From the NCBI GenBank assembly GCA_965231215.1, contig OZ246423.1:576001-640000 (forward strand): a stretch of DNA of 64,000 bases, written 5' to 3'. Below are positions 18,399 through 28,234 of this stretch, piece by piece. Numbering within the stretch: position 1 is the stretch's first letter; each line of letters starts with the position of its first letter. The notes beneath the pieces were generated by a model. The model made no database searches. It saw only the letters and a list, made by a program, of their open reading frames with translations, and was not told where the DNA came from. This DNA is from Candidatus Altimarinota bacterium. GTDB lineage: Bacteria; Patescibacteriota; Gracilibacteria; UBA4473. The position numbers were made by a program, and so were the translations under genes.

Positions 18399-19439
18399 AT
18401 GGAAAAATCAAATTTCGAATTACTACTCACTCAAGACGTACTCAAGATTGCTGAAAATATTACTCCAGTGCTAGAACATTTTTCAAAACATCTACCAAGT
18501 TACAAATCAATTGTAGACCACGTTCAAGCACACGGCACCTTCCCTCCATCACAAAAGATAAAGGACCTCACATTAGCCCAAAACATACTCGAACATTTTA
18601 GCCAAATCGTCGGCAACACCCGGCAAGATGTCCAAGAAATTGAAGGTGTTCAGGTCATCTATAAGTACGAATCAGAGAACCCTTCTGGAAGTCACTATGA
18701 CCGAGCCTACCCAGCCATTCTTGCACCGCTACTAGAAAGAATCGTTAAGTCTGACAAAACTCTGCTTGAGCTTTCATCGGGATCAGCAGGGATTTCTATT
18801 GCCCTTATTTCATGGCTCTTAGGAATCAATCTAGAGCTCTATATGCCAGATTCACCGTTCAAACTTCGACCAGCTATTCCTAGGGCCTTAGGTGCCAAAG
18901 TATACTTAACTCCAATTGAAGAAGGTGTAGAGGGGGCAAGTAAAGCTATAAATAGAATCATAACTAACCGATCAAAATATCGAGGAAAGCTATTTTTAAA
19001 TCACTCCCAAAAAGAAACCTCCCTTAGCCCCGTAGGAAAACTTGTAGATGAGATACAAGAAAGAATAGATCATGCCATTCTAGTTCACGGTAACGGCACC
19101 TTCATGAGAGCCGTTGGGGAAGCGCTGCCTATAAAAACAAAAGTTTGGGGCACTCGATATAAAGACAACCCAAGCAAAGCATTGCAAATGCCTGGAAACG
19201 ACGAAGTAAATATTGATTTCCTCCACCACGATGCCTACCAACCAAATGAAAAAATCACCATTTCAATGAAAGCAGTAGAAGACTGGCAGCAAGACCCAAA
19301 AAGAAAAAGAGACTACGGCCTTACTAGTAGTTTGGTACGAGTAGTAGGCGAAAAACTTATCAAAGAGGGTAAAATCAAGCCTGGTGAAACCGTACTCATT
19401 CCAGATTACGAACCAGGTCACAGGTGTGAAACTTTCTAA
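18399..19439 (+). CDS. Cysteine-synthase-like fold-type II PLP protein, divergent active site
   Basis: KYESENPSGSHYDR, LLELSSGSAGISIA, RALGAKVYLTP, HGNGT loop. Confidence 0.75.
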   Translation: MEKSNFELLLTQDVLKIAENITPVLEHFSKHLPSYKSIVDHVQAHGTFPPSQKIKDLTLAQNILEHFSQIVGNTRQDVQEIEGVQVIYKYESENPSGSHYDRAYPAILAPLLERIVKSDKTLLELSSGSAGISIALISWLLGINLELYMPDSPFKLRPAIPRALGAKVYLTPIEEGVEGASKAINRIITNRSKYRGKLFLNHSQKETSLSPVGKLVDEIQERIDHAILVHGNGTFMRAVGEALPIKTKVWGTRYKDNPSKALQMPGNDEVNIDFLHHDAYQPNEKITISMKAVEDWQQDPKRKRDYGLTSSLVRVVGEKLIKEGKIKPGETVLIPDYEPGHRCETF

Positions 19440-20956
19440 TGTAAAAAGCTTCGCATACCCGTCAGCACCGTCGCAATCCCGAGTTCATCACATTTAGCGA
19501 AAACATCCGCATCTCCTTTGGCTCCGCCTGGTTGAATCACCGCCGCAATACCCCCTGCTCCAGCCGCTTCCACACTGTCTGGGAAGGGGAAGAAGGCATC
19601 ACTGGCAATAACCGCTCCTTTAGCATTTTCACCAGCATGGTTAAGCGCAATCTCCATCGCTTCTACGCGGGAAGTTTGTCCTCCGCCTTTTCCAATCATG
19701 ACGCCGTCTTTAACCACCACAATGGCGTTTGATTTTACAATTTTGACCATTTTCCACGCAGCTATTAAGTCCTGCATTTGGGATTTCGTTGGTTTTTGGA
19801 TCGTTGGTATTTCTAGACTACTAAAATCTGGAAGCTGAATATCGGCTTCTTGAGCCAGAGTTCCTCCTCGAACCCGCTTCAATACTAGATCTCGAGTTTG
19901 CCCCTCACTAAAGGCTGGAATTTCAAGTACTCGCAGATTTTGTTTTGTTTTTAATACTTCCAACGCCTCATCATCATAACCCGGCGCCATCACAATCTCG
20001 TTAAAGAAACTCACAATTTGCTGGGCCGTAGCTTTATCACACGTTCTATTGAGCGCTATAACTCCACCAAAAGCAGAGAGCCTATCGGCTTCATACGCTT
20101 TGCGAAACGCTTCAGCAATAGATTCCCCAATAGCCGCTCCACAAGGAGTCGCATGCTTGATGATAGTGGCGAAAGCTGGATCATCTTTTCCAGCAAAACT
20201 AAGGGCCAACTCTAAAGCCCCGGCGCTATCTCCAAAATTATTATAAGAAAGCGGTTTTCCATTTAGCTGTTTCGCCCCAACTAAAAGCGGACCACTCGCA
20301 AATGGATCTACCAAGGTAACGGCCGTCTGATGTGGATTTTCTCCATACCGAAGTTGTCCTTTTTTTTCTGCATCTTTGGTTTCTTCTGCCCAGAATTTGG
20401 CAATAAGCAGATCATAGTGAGCTGTCATTTCAAAAACTTTTGTGGCTAAATCTTTTCGAGTGGCTAAAGAAATAGCGCCTGACTCAAGCTCAGAAATAAT
20501 CCGGCCGTAATCGAATGGATCCACTATCGGAGCACAAAATTCATAATTTTTCGCTGCGGCTCGAATCATAGAAGGCCCACCAATATCAATATTCTCTACT
20601 TTATCTTTGAAAGATTTTTGAACGTCTTCATATGTCGCTTTAAATGGATAGAGATTCACACACACAATATCTATATCCTCAATATTATTGGCCTTACAAA
20701 ACTGCTGATGTTCAGCGTTGTCTCGCAGATTTAATACGCCACCAAAAATTTGTGGCGTTAAGGTTTTGATTCGGCCCTCTAGCCCTTCTGGAAAACCCGT
20801 AAAATCAGCTACTTCCATAAGGTTTTGAACTCCAGCCTCACTTAGAGCTCGGTAGGTTCCTCCAGTCGAAAGTATTCTAAATCCAAGTCGTTCTAAATCC
20901 TTACCAAATTCAACGATACCAGTTTTGTCCGAAACCGAAATGAGGGCTGTTTTCAT
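19436..20956 (-). CDS. purH: Bifunctional AICAR transformylase/IMP cyclohydrolase
   Basis: ALISVSDKTG, STGGT, ENIDIGGPSMIRAAAKN, LRYGENPHQ, ASDAFFPF. Confidence 0.97.
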   Translation of the reverse strand: MKTALISVSDKTGIVEFGKDLERLGFRILSTGGTYRALSEAGVQNLMEVADFTGFPEGLEGRIKTLTPQIFGGVLNLRDNAEHQQFCKANNIEDIDIVCVNLYPFKATYEDVQKSFKDKVENIDIGGPSMIRAAAKNYEFCAPIVDPFDYGRIISELESGAISLATRKDLATKVFEMTAHYDLLIAKFWAEETKDAEKKGQLRYGENPHQTAVTLVDPFASGPLLVGAKQLNGKPLSYNNFGDSAGALELALSFAGKDDPAFATIIKHATPCGAAIGESIAEAFRKAYEADRLSAFGGVIALNRTCDKATAQQIVSFFNEIVMAPGYDDEALEVLKTKQNLRVLEIPAFSEGQTRDLVLKRVRGGTLAQEADIQLPDFSSLEIPTIQKPTKSQMQDLIAAWKMVKIVKSNAIVVVKDGVMIGKGGGQTSRVEAMEIALNHAGENAKGAVIASDAFFPFPDSVEAAGAGGIAAVIQPGGAKGDADVFAKCDELGIATVLTGMRSFLH

Positions 20957-21081
20957 AAAAGTATAACAAATGTTTAAGTCGCGCTTCTCATATGTGGTTT
21001 ATTTTTTTGAAGCGCCAAAATAATAACGATAAAATAAAAAAGAAATATATTGACATATTTTGTAAAATATTTATTTAAATA

Positions 21082-21741
21082 TTGATGAGAAAAAGATTTG
21101 TATACCCCCTTCTAGCAATGTTGGCTCCGGGGTCTGCCACAGCATCACTCCCCCCAGAAACGAATTTTCTAACTCCGGCAAATCCCAGAGCAAAAGCAAA
21201 GGCTCCCCTTATTAAACCGGAACATATAGGGCCCCCTGAATCCTTTCATGAAATGTTTGAAGATCTAGCTTCTAGTGTAGTAGGAGAATGTTTGCAGGGG
21301 AGAGGCTCTTCCGAAATTCTTGGTGAAGAAATTTTAAATTTAATTAATAAAGCAGTATCATTAAGAATCAATGAAATTTTGCTTACAACAGACAGTTCTA
21401 AGAATCAAGATCAGCTAGAAAGACTGGAGACTCAAATTAATGCTATTAATAGCCGCTTATTTGGAACCACCTGGAGCCAAAAAATACCAACTACTCTGAC
21501 CACATCAGACGGCACACAATCGAGCCAGGATATTCTAGTAGAAGTTACCTTTAGTGGTTTATGTGCCAGCCCTATGGCCGTTGAGGTTAAAGCGCTCTCA
21601 CTACAACAAGGCCCTAAACGAATACCCATTCAACTTAGTCCTGATTTTGAAAGACAGATATTTAAAGATCTTTATGCCCAGTTCCCGTGGTTGAAAGGTC
21701 TCTTTTTTAAAGATAAAGAAAAGACTCCTCCAAAAAATTAG
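21082..21741 (+). CDS. Secreted hypothetical protein
   Basis: Signal-peptide-like N-terminus; no family recognised. Confidence 0.6.
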   Translation: MMRKRFVYPLLAMLAPGSATASLPPETNFLTPANPRAKAKAPLIKPEHIGPPESFHEMFEDLASSVVGECLQGRGSSEILGEEILNLINKAVSLRINEILLTTDSSKNQDQLERLETQINAINSRLFGTTWSQKIPTTLTTSDGTQSSQDILVEVTFSGLCASPMAVEVKALSLQQGPKRIPIQLSPDFERQIFKDLYAQFPWLKGLFFKDKEKTPPKN

Positions 21742-22805
21742 CGATCCCACTTCCCCTTGTCCATATTTTCAAGCGCCAGTTTGAGCAAGTCCATAGTGGC
21801 AATAATGTCAGTCTCGTGACACATTTCTACTTCCTGATGCATGTTTCGCAGAGGAACAGAAAGACCGCCAGTAATACAGCCTTGTTCGGTCATCATCTGC
21901 ATTGCCCAAGCGTCAGTTCCTCCAGCATCAAGAACTTCAATCTGGTATGGAATTTTTTTCTTATCGGCGAGTTTTTTTAGATAATCTACTAGCCGAGGAT
22001 CAGCAATAACCACACGGTTCATAACATCAATTGAAGTTCCCCCACCAAGTTTATTAATTTGCTCATGAGCCGTGACTCCAGGAATATCATTAGCAAGTGT
22101 TACATCTAAACAAATCCCAATATCTGGCTGAATTCGATGTACCGCTACCTTGGCTCCACGAATACCCACTTCTTCCTGGGTTGTAAAAACAGCATAAAAA
22201 TCATATGGGATTTTTTTAAGTTTTTTCACTACCTCAATCAGCACAAAAACCAGCATTCTATTATCTAAAGATTTTCCATTCACACATTTTCCCATTTGAA
22301 TGAAATCTCGTTTCCGAGTGATAGGGTTTCCAACTGAAATAAATTTTTCTACTTCTTTTTTGGAGAGACCCGTATCAATAAAAAAATCTTTTAATTCTGG
22401 GTTTTTCTTTCGTTCTTCTTGCCCCATAAGATGAATGGCTTTCCCTCCCATAACCCCCACGATGTCTTCTTTGTCTCCATGAATAGTGACTCTTTGGGAA
22501 GAGAGTGTCTTAGGATCAAATCCTCCAAGGGGGCTAAATCGGATATACCCTTGTTCATCAATGTGGTTGACCATAAACCCAATCTCATCCATATGGGCGG
22601 CGCACATAATTTTTTTGCTTTTTTTGGCCGTTCCCTTTTTTAGAGCTACTAGATTCCCCATATTGTCCACTTCAATGCTATCAACATGAGGCGCTATTTC
22701 TCGCCTGACGATTTCGCGCACATTATCTTCAAACCCAGGCGCTCCAGCCACTTCCGAAAGTTCTTTTAAAAGAGGAATATTGATTTTGCTTTTAGCCATA
22801 AACAT
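21738..22805 (-). CDS. M42 family metallo-aminopeptidase
   Basis: AAHMDEIG, KSLDNR, QEEVGIRGA, GGTDA, RNMH. Confidence 0.93.
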   Translation of the reverse strand: MFMAKSKINIPLLKELSEVAGAPGFEDNVREIVRREIAPHVDSIEVDNMGNLVALKKGTAKKSKKIMCAAHMDEIGFMVNHIDEQGYIRFSPLGGFDPKTLSSQRVTIHGDKEDIVGVMGGKAIHLMGQEERKKNPELKDFFIDTGLSKKEVEKFISVGNPITRKRDFIQMGKCVNGKSLDNRMLVFVLIEVVKKLKKIPYDFYAVFTTQEEVGIRGAKVAVHRIQPDIGICLDVTLANDIPGVTAHEQINKLGGGTSIDVMNRVVIADPRLVDYLKKLADKKKIPYQIEVLDAGGTDAWAMQMMTEQGCITGGLSVPLRNMHQEVEMCHETDIIATMDLLKLALENMDKGKWDR

Positions 22806-22885
22806 ACAAAAAATTAAAAAATATCAGGGGTATAATATTCAATTTTTACAAATACTGAACTATAATTTTAAAAACAAAAGATTCT

Positions 22886-23644
22886 ATGTTTGATAACATC
22901 AAAAATTTTCGCCCCCATCTTTCAAACAAAACCCCCGAAGTCCGGTGGTGGCATCACCTAAACTTTAAAAGAGACAGCAAAGCTCGGGAAGCGGTGGATC
23001 AACTCATGGATAACTCTCGATTAGAAGAAGGATTTTTTGTAATGTGTATGCTTTCTGGAACACTGGCTACACTCGGGATATTGCTCAATGATGTAGCCAT
23101 TTTAATTGCGGCCATGGTGCTGGCTCCTATTTTGAATCCTGTTTTGGCTTTAGCTGCAGGTATTTCCGTGATGAACAAAACGCTTATTTGGTACGCTACT
23201 AAAAGCTTTGTAGGCAGCGTAGTCTTTGTAATCATTGTGTCAGCTTTTCTGGTTAAAATATTAGCTATGCAGGGGTATAATTTTGATATTGATCCATTTT
23301 TAAGAAAGTTTTCTAGTCTGAATCACTTGCTCTTTTTAGCCGCCTTCATTTCCGGATTTTCTGGAGTTTATGCCTGGCTTAAAGCTACCAATATGGGCAA
23401 TATGATTGGGGTGGCTATTGCGGTCTCATTAATTCCATTTATTAGCTTTTTTGGAGTTTTAGTCGGGCTTGAACAATTTGAAGAACTCCATTGGTATGCC
23501 TTTACTTTTACCATAAATCTATTGGCCATAATTCTAGGGGCGACAACCGCGTTCTTGATGCTGGGATTTTCACGAGCCAAAAAAGCCATTGCTACAGAAG
23601 TCGTGATAAATGCAGCTGAAAAACCAAAAAAAGTAGAGGAATAA
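22886..23644 (+). CDS. DUF389-family membrane protein
   Basis: LATLGILLNDVAILIAAMVLAP, GVAIAVSLIP. Confidence 0.8.
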   Translation: MFDNIKNFRPHLSNKTPEVRWWHHLNFKRDSKAREAVDQLMDNSRLEEGFFVMCMLSGTLATLGILLNDVAILIAAMVLAPILNPVLALAAGISVMNKTLIWYATKSFVGSVVFVIIVSAFLVKILAMQGYNFDIDPFLRKFSSLNHLLFLAAFISGFSGVYAWLKATNMGNMIGVAIAVSLIPFISFFGVLVGLEQFEELHWYAFTFTINLLAIILGATTAFLMLGFSRAKKAIATEVVINAAEKPKKVEE

Positions 23645-24517
23645 CTACGGCCCTTTAGGCTTCCAAAAAACCTGATTGGGGATACGCAGATCCACGTGTT
23701 CTATATTCCCTGTATAAAGATTAATTTCATCAGCCACTAGTTCTAATTTTCTCATTTGAGGTTCTAGATCAAGCCGTAGATCAAACCAAAAAACGGTATC
23801 CTGAATAGACACCAAATGCAGCTCATGAGCTATCAAAAAAAGCCGGACTTCCTCAATTACAATCTTAAAATCATTATCAAATACGCCTCGTAAATATTCA
23901 ATCTGGTCCAAATACTCTTTTGAAGTAAGTTTGCTCCCTCCTGTTAGGGATTTTCCCCAGTTCATAAGTTTGATAACGGGGAGCTTTTGATTAGCCGACT
24001 CTCCTAAAATAACACCGTCTTCCGAGATTACAGAAAACCCAGCATCAAAATCATTAAGCACGGTAAATCTAGGGGGGGAAAGCGTTAGTTTCACCTCTAA
24101 GCTAGAGGGCCATTTTTCCGTTATATGAACCGCTCTAAACTCTGGGAAAGTGTTCACCAAAGTCTGGGTGAAAGCCGCTTTGTCCAAAAATATAAGGTTA
24201 GTTCCATAAAAATCTTCTAAAGCCTTTTCTACTGCTTCAGCATTGATATGCGGATTGTCTCGGACTACGACAATTTGTTTTAGATCAAAAAAGGGAGAAA
24301 CCGTCGCAAAAACGACAAACCCCGCCATAAAAATACAAAACAAAAAAAACAACGTAGAACCACGTAAAACCTTCATAATCTGCCTGATAATGACGGTTTT
24401 CGCAATCAAATTTAAAATACGGTTTCGGGCCGTCTTAGGCTTTTGTCGGATAGTTTGGTTTGAATCCAACAAAAAGTATTTTCGTCTTTGGCGAGAGTTT
24501 CGAGACACGAAATACAA
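23645..24517 (-). CDS. Cell division protein FtsQ/DivIB-like (POTRA); start uncertain
   Basis: Basic N-terminus, single TM, G.NL.FL POTRA segment, C-terminal HVDLRIPNQVF. Confidence 0.75.
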   Translation of the reverse strand: MYFVSRNSRQRRKYFLLDSNQTIRQKPKTARNRILNLIAKTVIIRQIMKVLRGSTLFFLFCIFMAGFVVFATVSPFFDLKQIVVVRDNPHINAEAVEKALEDFYGTNLIFLDKAAFTQTLVNTFPEFRAVHITEKWPSSLEVKLTLSPPRFTVLNDFDAGFSVISEDGVILGESANQKLPVIKLMNWGKSLTGGSKLTSKEYLDQIEYLRGVFDNDFKIVIEEVRLFLIAHELHLVSIQDTVFWFDLRLDLEPQMRKLELVADEINLYTGNIEHVDLRIPNQVFWKPKGP

Positions 24518-24533
24518 ACTTAAAAAATAAAAC

Positions 24534-25076
24534 CTAGATACTCATAATATCTTGCTCTTTGTTTTTGGCGATTTCTTCTATGCGCTTGTTGGCTTTATCT
24601 GTGGCTTCTTGGGTCTGCGTTTCCATATCTTTTTGTGCATCTTCTGAAATTTCTCCAGCCTCTTTAAGCTCTTTAATATCATGCATTTCATCGTGACGAG
24701 CATTCCGAACCGAAATTTTGGCTTTTTCTCCAAACTCATGAACCAGTTTAACCAGGTCTCTACGACGCTCCTCGGTCATCGGCGGAACCGGTAAAAACAA
24801 ATGATCTCCCATATTTTGGGGATTGATGCCAATATTCGCCTCTTGAACGGCTTTTTCAATCGGACCAATTATCGTTTTATCCCAGGGTTCAATTTTAATA
24901 GTTTTCGGATCTGGACAACTAATATTGGCTACGGTTTTCAGAGGAACCATAGCCCCATAACTTTCGACCTCTATGTCCTCAACCAGAGCTGTATTAGCTC
25001 TTCCCGTCTGAAGAGAAGCAAACTCTTTTTGTAGATGTTCTATTGCTTTATCAATCTGTGTCTGAAATGTCGCCAT
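24534..25076 (-). CDS. frr: Ribosome recycling factor
   Basis: LQTGRAN, PPMTEERRRDLVK, ISVRNAR. Confidence 0.97.
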   Translation of the reverse strand: MATFQTQIDKAIEHLQKEFASLQTGRANTALVEDIEVESYGAMVPLKTVANISCPDPKTIKIEPWDKTIIGPIEKAVQEANIGINPQNMGDHLFLPVPPMTEERRRDLVKLVHEFGEKAKISVRNARHDEMHDIKELKEAGEISEDAQKDMETQTQEATDKANKRIEEIAKNKEQDIMSI

Positions 25077-25136
25077 AAAAATAAGATTTAGAGTGCCCCC
25101 ATCCTACGAAATTTTTGGCCTGGATCAAGAACTGTC

Positions 25137-26465
25137 TCAGTTCGGACTTTCCAGCAGGTCATGACTCTTAGCAAATTGCAGTATTTCACGAGCTACAACT
25201 CGATCATCAAAAGGAATTTTGTTATTTCCTATAGTCTGAACTTGTTCATGCCCACGCCCCGCAATAATGACACAATCCTCAGGCTCAGCCACAAAAATAC
25301 CATACCGAATAGCCTCATATCGATCCTCAATTTCAAAAAAATTATGCCCTTCTTCCCGATTCATGTGGCTTCTAATAATTTTAGCAATATCTTTGGGGTT
25401 ATCATCCAGGGGGTCATCGGTGGTCAGCACAAACTCGTCCGCGTGAGCTTCAATAATTTTCACCGATTCTTGGTAGTACTCACTTTCTAAATTTCGCCCT
25501 CCAAGCCCCCCCCAAACACAAATTACTCGGCCTTTCACAATCCGTTGAAGTGTTTCTAGCACTGCCTTGAGACCACTTGGTTTATATGAAAAATCTACAA
25601 TTACAGAAAAGTCTTGCCCCTCATTTACTGGTTCTAATCTTCCAGCAATTCCAGGGAAGTGCGCCAGTAACTCTTCTAATTTTTCAACCGTGACTCCATT
25701 AGCCGAAACTGCCGCAATAGCCGCTAACATATTTTCTACATTATGCCTCCCAACGATAGGGGTTTTTAAATGCAGATGATGGTTCGGCAGTTTCACCTCC
25801 ATCTGACTCCATCGGGCTTCAAGTAAAACGTTGTTGGCTTTTACTTCTGCGGGCTTTTTGATGCCATAACTCCATTTTCTATCCGCTGGGTAGTCAGCAA
25901 ACAGGTCATAGTGTTCATCATCTCGATTTAGAATCGTGATTTTAGGGACATTAGGCTTTCTATAGCTAGTGTTGAGTGACTTAAAAAGCTTGCCTTTAAC
26001 CCGAACATATTCCGCAAAGTTTTTGTGATAGTCTAAATGTTCATTATCTGAGATATTGGTGAGAATAGCCGTATCAACAGAAACCCCCCAAAGTCGGTTT
26101 TGGTCCAAAGCATGAGAAGACACCTCAATCACGGCAAACTCACAACCTTGTTGCACCATCTTTCGCAAGAGTCTTTGTGTGGTCCAAGGACGAAGGGTCG
26201 TCCGTAGAGTTGGATTATGCACTTTTTGATTTCCAATACTAAAGTGAATCCCAGAGAGAGCGCCTGTTTTTACTCCTGAATTTTGAAGTAAATAATGAAC
26301 CAGCTCAACCGTGGTCGATTTCCCTGAAGTCCCAGTCACGGCAATGACTTTAAGGCGATTTCCTGGAAATCCGTATAACACCGCAGCTAAAATCGCTGAA
26401 TAGCGATGATAGAGCCTTCCAGCCGTTGAATTGGTTGGGAAAATTTTACGGAGCACTTTGAGCAT
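25137..26465 (-). CDS. murE: MurE-like Mur ligase
   Basis: VTGTSGKSTT, EVSSHAL, EHLDYH, AGRGHE, PFDDR; substrate motif reads TDDP rather than DNPR. Confidence 0.8.
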   Translation of the reverse strand: MLKVLRKIFPTNSTAGRLYHRYSAILAAVLYGFPGNRLKVIAVTGTSGKSTTVELVHYLLQNSGVKTGALSGIHFSIGNQKVHNPTLRTTLRPWTTQRLLRKMVQQGCEFAVIEVSSHALDQNRLWGVSVDTAILTNISDNEHLDYHKNFAEYVRVKGKLFKSLNTSYRKPNVPKITILNRDDEHYDLFADYPADRKWSYGIKKPAEVKANNVLLEARWSQMEVKLPNHHLHLKTPIVGRHNVENMLAAIAAVSANGVTVEKLEELLAHFPGIAGRLEPVNEGQDFSVIVDFSYKPSGLKAVLETLQRIVKGRVICVWGGLGGRNLESEYYQESVKIIEAHADEFVLTTDDPLDDNPKDIAKIIRSHMNREEGHNFFEIEDRYEAIRYGIFVAEPEDCVIIAGRGHEQVQTIGNNKIPFDDRVVAREILQFAKSHDLLESPN

Positions 26466-26547
26466 CACGTCTAATTCTAACAAAGAGAAAGACCTAAACC
26501 CAACTTTTTATTGCTCATTTAGCAAATTTCCCTACATTCGAGTCCTG

Positions 26548-27990
26548 ATGTCAGATGTACTTCCAGTTGTGGCTATTATTGGGCGCCCAAATGTGGGAAA
26601 ATCAACCCTCTTTAACGCCTTTGTTGGAACCCGAAAATCTATTGTGTCAGACATCGCTGGGACCACCCGTGACAGTTTAACAGAAAAGATAGAAGACCTC
26701 GGGGATATTAATTATATGCTTGTAGATACAGCCGGGCTTTCTGACTTTGGCAACCATACCCTAGAAAAAGAAATCCAAACCCAAGCAGAAATAGCCCTCC
26801 AAAACGCTGATTGTATTATTTGGCTCTTAGACGGAAAAGCCGATATCACTCAAGATGATCTTAATATTGCTCAACGCCTACGATCAAAAAGCGAAAAAGT
26901 AATTATTGTCGCTAATAAAATTGACGATGGGAATGACCAAAAAGCCTACAACTTTGCCGAACTCGGGTTTGATATTCCAGAAGTCATATCGGCTAAAAAT
27001 AACTTTGGGTTTTGGGAATTTACAGAAACCGTACAAAACAAATTAAAAGCCCTTGGATTCAACCCTCAAGAAAAATCCGAAACCCCAGACGAAGACGAGC
27101 CACTCAAAATAGCCTTAGTGGGACGTCCAAATGTAGGAAAATCTACATTATTCAATCAATTACTCGGCCAAGAACGAAGCGTCGTCTCCGACATCGCTGG
27201 AACTACTCGAGATTCAATTGATACCGATATTACCTTGAAAAACGGAAAAACTTACCGCCTTATCGACACCGCCGGAGTCCGGAAAAAAGGGAAACTAGGT
27301 AAATCTATGGAGTTTTGGATGTCGGTGAGAAGCCAACAATCCATTGAACGCGCCGACGTGTGCATCCTGCTGATTGATTCTTTAGACGGAGTCACACATC
27401 AAGATTTAGTATTGGCGGGTCGAATTTTAGAAGCCGGAAAAGGCGTCATTATTGGCGTAAATAAATTTGATCTGGCACGAGCCAAATCCAAAGGGGAAGA
27501 AACCCTAGAAACAGAAAAAGATCTAGAAGCCGTGCCCATGTGGGACAAAGACGTAGACGATATCCGTAACCGGTATTTAGCCTACCTACACAAAAAAATA
27601 GCCTTCCTTCCCTGGGCCCCCGTCCTGTTTTTCTCTGGAAAAACGGGGAAAGGGGTCCTCCCTCTCTGGGACTCAATTGAGGGGATTGCCATGCAGCGAT
27701 CCAAACGCATTCCCACCCACGAATTGAATCTTTTTGCCAGAGATATTTACTTTGGACATGTAGCCCCAAGCGTAGGCACCAAACAGGGCAAAATTAAATA
27801 CGTGACTCAAGCAGATATACAGCCGCCTAAATTTTTGTTTTTTGTAAATAATAAACAAGCCTTTCATTTTTCTTATAAACGGTACATAGAAAACCGCCTC
27901 AGAGAAAAATACGAATTCACCGGAACGCCCATCCAAATAGAACTTAAAGATGCCATGAATGAATTCCGAGGGAACAAGAAAGATAAATAA
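26548..27990 (+). CDS. der: Ribosome biogenesis GTPase Der
   Basis: Two GRPNVGKSTLFN / GTTRD / DTAG domains and KH-like C-terminus. Confidence 0.97.
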   Translation: MSDVLPVVAIIGRPNVGKSTLFNAFVGTRKSIVSDIAGTTRDSLTEKIEDLGDINYMLVDTAGLSDFGNHTLEKEIQTQAEIALQNADCIIWLLDGKADITQDDLNIAQRLRSKSEKVIIVANKIDDGNDQKAYNFAELGFDIPEVISAKNNFGFWEFTETVQNKLKALGFNPQEKSETPDEDEPLKIALVGRPNVGKSTLFNQLLGQERSVVSDIAGTTRDSIDTDITLKNGKTYRLIDTAGVRKKGKLGKSMEFWMSVRSQQSIERADVCILLIDSLDGVTHQDLVLAGRILEAGKGVIIGVNKFDLARAKSKGEETLETEKDLEAVPMWDKDVDDIRNRYLAYLHKKIAFLPWAPVLFFSGKTGKGVLPLWDSIEGIAMQRSKRIPTHELNLFARDIYFGHVAPSVGTKQGKIKYVTQADIQPPKFLFFVNNKQAFHFSYKRYIENRLREKYEFTGTPIQIELKDAMNEFRGNKKDK

Positions 27991-28005
27991 TTATGCCTAT
28001 TTTCT

Positions 28006-28143
28006 GTTGCCTTGGGGAAATTTTGTCTATCTTCTAAGCGCAGCGAACGTGCAATTCTCATCTGTGTGAACAACCAACGGGAAGTGAGTTTTGAGAATTC
28101 AGTGAGCGAGTTTGTAGAAGATAAGAAATTTTAACACAGCAAC
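28006..28143. repeat. ~140-nt imperfect palindromic element (MITE/ERIC-like)
   Basis: Nested pairs GTTGC/GCAAC, TATCTTCTA/TAGAAGATA, AATTCTCA/TGAGAATT. Confidence 0.55.
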
Positions 28144-28234
28144 TCATCTTTTTTAGTTCGTTTCAAGAAAAAAGGACAGGCCTAGTTCGTTTGTGGTCTA
28201 AACAAAAAATGAACAGAAATTTTTTCAGTGCTTT

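Noticed and set aside
20957-21040. Possible ZTP (pfl) riboswitch upstream of purH: TGGCG...AAACCAC...GAGAAGCGCGAC on the minus strand
   Set aside because: The GACTGGCG 5' strand is incomplete and the P3/pseudoknot CGCCTGGG is absent; only a simple GCGCTTC/GAAGCGC hairpin is supported
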